From: Macrostomum hystrix
Lineage: Eukaryota; Animalia; Platyhelminthes
Length of the DNA: 64,000 nucleotides
Assembly (NCBI GenBank): GCA_950097015.1
Contig: CATNEN010000010.1
Coordinates: 3,162,001 to 3,226,000, forward strand
Direction: 5' to 3'
Position numbers and translations under genes: made by a program. This document shows positions 60,767-64,000 of this stretch, in pieces; the first letter of the stretch is position 1, and every line of letters begins with the position of its first letter. The notes beneath the pieces are model-generated. The model had not been told where the DNA came from. It saw only the letters and a list, made by a program, of their open reading frames with translations, and did no database searches.

Positions 60767-61224
60767 ATGTCATCCCTGGGTGGGCGGCACAATGGCGGAG
60801 ATCGAGATCGAGATATCGACAGAGAGGATCACAACTCTGGCAACGACAAACCGATCTCGTGCCCTACCGTCAGTAGCAGCACGGATGTCGTGATTGGCAC
60901 TGAGCGACGTCGACGAAGGCACAGCTCGGATAGTAGTTCAGACTCCGATTTTGCTATATTCTGCCTTCACGTCAACGTGTTCAGTACGTATTGCATCGTC
61001 CAGGTGTCGTGCGCATTTACAATCAGAGATTTTCTATTGTGAACGCCAATCCGACACGTGATTTAGCCGGCCAATTGCAACTGCCGCAGCATGCGCAAGT
61101 GACCGATATACAGTCACCAATTGTAAGCAGTAGCAGCAGCATCAACAATGGCGGCACTGGCACTGAAAGACAGCGCGGCAATGCCAATCGTGCTGCTAAT
61201 AACCCAGATTTGAATGACATGTAG
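60767..61224 (+). CDS. Hypothetical protein in two overlapping frames (60767-61042, 60991-61224); frameshift or unrecognised intron
   Basis: ATG in ACAACATG context, RS/DS-rich N-terminus with RRRRRH, and an overlapping second frame; no homolog recognised. Confidence 0.35.
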
Positions 61225-61734
61225 CAATTCTTTTGTTAAGCACTGTTGCCATTAGTTATAATGAAATTAATTAACTGAATAATATAATTAAAAGTTGGTA
61301 TTTGATTAACACATCTAAGTATTCAAAGTCGACAGTTCATGATACCTGCAAATGTTTTAAACTACTTTTACATACACTAGCTCTCGTTCACCTTCACGTG
61401 GTATATTCAAAGCATAAGAGTTTGCCGTCACTATTGACAATATATTGTCGCGTTTACCATTAATCATAATCAGACGACTGATGAGATCAGTCAGTAATAA
61501 AATATTAATACGCGAACACAGATGTGTGCAGGTAGTCAACCGGTAATTATTAATACGGTTTTTATTAAATTTCACCAATACATATAGAGTATAAATATAT
61601 ATAGAATTTCATTGGTTGAACAAATAATCGTGCCATTCTACAATTAGTCTGATTTGCAAAGTCGCGAGAGCAAAAATAAACGTGTAAACTATAATACATA
61701 AAATTCTGCATATAAATTCTGTATTTTACAGCAT

Positions 61735-62115
61735 TCATTGTTCGATGTACCAATAGCGAACTCCATGTATGATGAGCTGAAGTTCAGCTTGGGCTTCCTC
61801 TAAAAGCTCTAGCACTTCGATGATGTCTTGTGCTTCATCGTCTCTTACACCAGTCACGGACAAGACAGCCTGATAGTCTTCTGCTGACCGGTGCTTTTGC
61901 AGCCATTGTTGAGTGCGCCGTAATAATAAACATAGCTCATTAGCGTTATACTCTGCATTTGGAACACCGCGTTGCAAACTAGGTAGTTGCTCGAAGCACC
62001 CTCGATGCGCTATGAACCGGCCAATGCAATCTATGCGACAGCTGAGAAAGAGTTGAAATACGCGCGGCTGAAGATACATTTGTACTAACTGCATCTGATC
62101 GGCAATTAACGACAT
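61735..62115 (-). CDS. Orphan helical protein family H, copy 3 (126 aa, intact)
   Basis: ATG..stop intact; homologous to 48634-49053 and 41248-41628. Confidence 0.8.
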   Translation of the reverse strand: MSLIADQMQLVQMYLQPRVFQLFLSCRIDCIGRFIAHRGCFEQLPSLQRGVPNAEYNANELCLLLRRTQQWLQKHRSAEDYQAVLSVTGVRDDEAQDIIEVLELLEEAQAELQLIIHGVRYWYIEQ

Positions 62116-62356
62116 GTTCAGTCAGTTAGTAAATCAAGTAAAGCAAAAAATAGTTTTGTCTAAAAAAATTCTAAACTTTAATCAAAGCCCACATAGAGTA
62201 TATTTTTTCGAACACAGATGAGTCAGTCCACAGACAAATCCAATGAATACAGGCCAGCCAGGGTATTAAGAACAAGAAATTTTTTATCGGCCAAGAAATC
62301 AGCCCACAACCAAACTTCGCAAGCAAAGCAGCAACAACAGCACAACAACAGCAGCT

Positions 62357-62739
62357 ATGTCTACTTTCCCATTATTCCCGGCGGCGTTCCGGCACTACGT
62401 ACTGGCGTCAGCCGCCGCCGAGTTAGAAGACGCAATGAGATCAACCATGGAGGTGGCAATGGAGGTAGCGGCGGCGGAAGCCTGGACGCCGGAACGGCGC
62501 CGGGCTGAAGAAAATATGACAGCCGCTATACGGCGGGTCCGGGCGGCCATGTTACGCATGGCCCGGGCCCGTCGTATAGCGGCAGGGCTGGATCCATATG
62601 TGAGTAGTAGATTTTGATTCCTTTCATTTGAATATTTATGAACACATCTGAATTGTAACATCTAAGCTACTAAAGGAAACCTAACAAAATAAATGAAACC
62701 TAAAACCCATCTTTCATCCCGCAGCCGGGTGTCCTATGA
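62357..62739 (+). CDS. Orphan family R, copy 2; exons 62357-62599, 62725-62739
   Basis: Homolog of 41891-42282 with the same donor and acceptor and the terminal PGVL*. Confidence 0.72.
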
Positions 62740-63642
62740 GAACCAGAGAACCTGGTTCAACACCAACAACACCAGCCGATCTGAGACATTCAATCGTTTC
62801 TCTTTGATAACTTTACCTCCTTTGTTATCTTACTGTCAATACTGATTGGTCATACATCTCTGATACTGATACTGAAACGGATACATAAATAAATCAAAAC
62901 AATAAAACTGATTAAATGATTGAATGATTAAATTATTCATGCTAATCTCGTCAATACGTGTTATGAATCGTTCTGTTATTTTATTACGTCTATTATTAAC
63001 ATTTGTGCGACAATAAGAACTCACTAACTGACAAGCAAAAAGAAACGAATTTTCGAGATGCATTATTCCTTGTACATTATTGTACATTATTGTACATTAT
63101 TCAGCCATATAAGTTAGTTGGATAAGTTTGAAAAAGTAAAGTACAAACGACGAATAAATTATTATACACTTTCGTATCGCTAAATATAAGATGTTACAAG
63201 ATGCACTTTTAAAACGTGCAGACTATAGGTATGTAGTGCATTAAATTGTGCGTATTTTACCAAAGACATGTCTGCTTGGTACAGCTCGATTTTTCGCTAT
63301 TTTTTATGTTCTTCGCATCCAAATTTTTCTTTCGAAAATACAGTCAGATGTTTTTGGCCGTAGACACAAAAAACGGCTGCATATAATTCATATTGTATGC
63401 AGTATTTTTGCAAAAGTTCTTTAAGTAGCGTGGCCATATCTATGGTATTTTCGCGAATATAGCCAGACATTTCATCTATAATTAGTATTTGCGCACTGCC
63501 AAAAACTTTTTCGCGAAAGTACATACGTATTCTTAAGTCAAAACGACTATGATCGTTGACTACTTGAGATCTGTGCATATTGTGCCAGTGGTAAAAAGGT
63601 AAGAAGGCTCTTGTGGAAGACAGTATCATTAGCCATCGTTAC

Positions 63643-63714
63643 CATCGGGCCGTACGTTAGCCAGATTTCAGTTTTTTTCTGAAAGCTTTCATCTGGCTAA
63701 CGTACGGCCCGATG
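63643..63714. other. Perfect 24-bp inverted repeat with 24-bp spacer (hairpin)
   Basis: CATCGGGCCGTACGTTAGCCAGAT ... ATCTGGCTAACGTACGGCCCGATG; the spacer holds a further TTCAG/CTGAA mini-stem. Confidence 0.95.
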
Positions 63715-63817
63715 ATAATGTGAGCATTAGCCAGCCCTGCTCTGCACCCGGACATCCCCGCGTTTCAAAATATAAATATACCGGACTGCTATGGTATTGT
63801 AGTGTATAGTGATTCGG

Positions 63818-63961
63818 TGTGACGGTTCAGTGGTTCACATACTGCGACATGTCACATACTGGTTGAACAGTATAATGTATTTTCGCGTCCTTCAACGGAA
63901 GCTGCTAAGATATCTGCTGGCTATGTGACATGTCGCAGTATGTGAACCACGAACCGTCACA
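63818..63961. other. ~40-bp inverted repeat (one bulge) flanked by ~40-bp direct repeats
   Basis: TGTGACGGTTCAGTGGTTCACATACTGCGACATGTCACATA ... TATGTGACATGTCGCAGTATGTGAACCACGAACCGTCACA; TGCTCTGCACCCGG...CGTTTCAAAATATAAATA at ~63738 and ~63963. Confidence 0.92.
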
Positions 63962-64000
63962 TTGCTCTGCACCCGGTCACCCGTTTCAAAATATAAATAA

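Larger units (their letters stand above)
61282..62740. repeat. Long direct repeat, copy B (two-gene module), homologous to 40831-42283
   Basis: As for copy A; offset ~20.45 kb. Confidence 0.93.
39635..64000. mobile_element. Putative endogenous virus-like/mobile element region: tyrosine recombinase + two SF3-helicase Rep-like genes + orphan gene families + shared cis motifs; ends not resolved, runs off window
   Basis: Dense non-host-like gene set, internal paralogy, and TTTCGCGAAA and GCGCGCAC motifs recurring across the whole span; see the individual features. Confidence 0.75.

Noticed and set aside
39635-64000. Polinton/Maverick, PLV, DIRS or classical CRESS/parvoviral EVE
   Set aside because: No recognisable double-jelly-roll capsid, packaging ATPase, pPolB, retroviral integrase, RT/RNaseH or HUH motifs in the window. 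Absence is by eye only, and genes could lie outside the window.

Overview
Eukaryotic animal DNA with spliceosomal introns, GC-rich exons and minisatellite-loaded introns; the style suggests a flatworm such as Macrostomum, which is inference only. The left ~36 kb looks like host chromosome. It holds a 2-exon DEG/ENaC channel gene (+), a 4-exon ZYG-11/ZER1-family gene (-), large minisatellites, two head-to-tail non-autonomous Helitrons each carrying a hAT-type MITE, a spliced Sola2-like DDD transposase and decayed Merlin fragments. At ~37-39.5 kb there is a compact cluster of small hydrophobic ORFs that appear to read TGA as Trp. From ~39.6 kb to the window end lies the main discovery candidate, a virus-like/mobile region whose boundaries I could not resolve. 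It encodes an intron-containing zinc-finger tyrosine recombinase, two paralogous spliced Rep-like proteins ending in a CRESS/2C-type SF3 helicase without a recognisable HUH nuclease, and several small paralogous orphan genes. It also carries a perfect 38-bp palindrome beside the recombinase, a family of GCGCGCAC/TAAG/TATA inverted-repeat cassettes, TTTTCGCGAAAA palindrome arrays, an iteron-like 40-bp array, a 1.45-kb direct repeat 20.45 kb apart, and long hairpins. I recognised no capsid, pPolB, packaging ATPase or RT, so it does not fit Polinton/PLV, DIRS or a simple Crypton on window evidence. All protein assignments are from motif recognition by eye; no searches were run.
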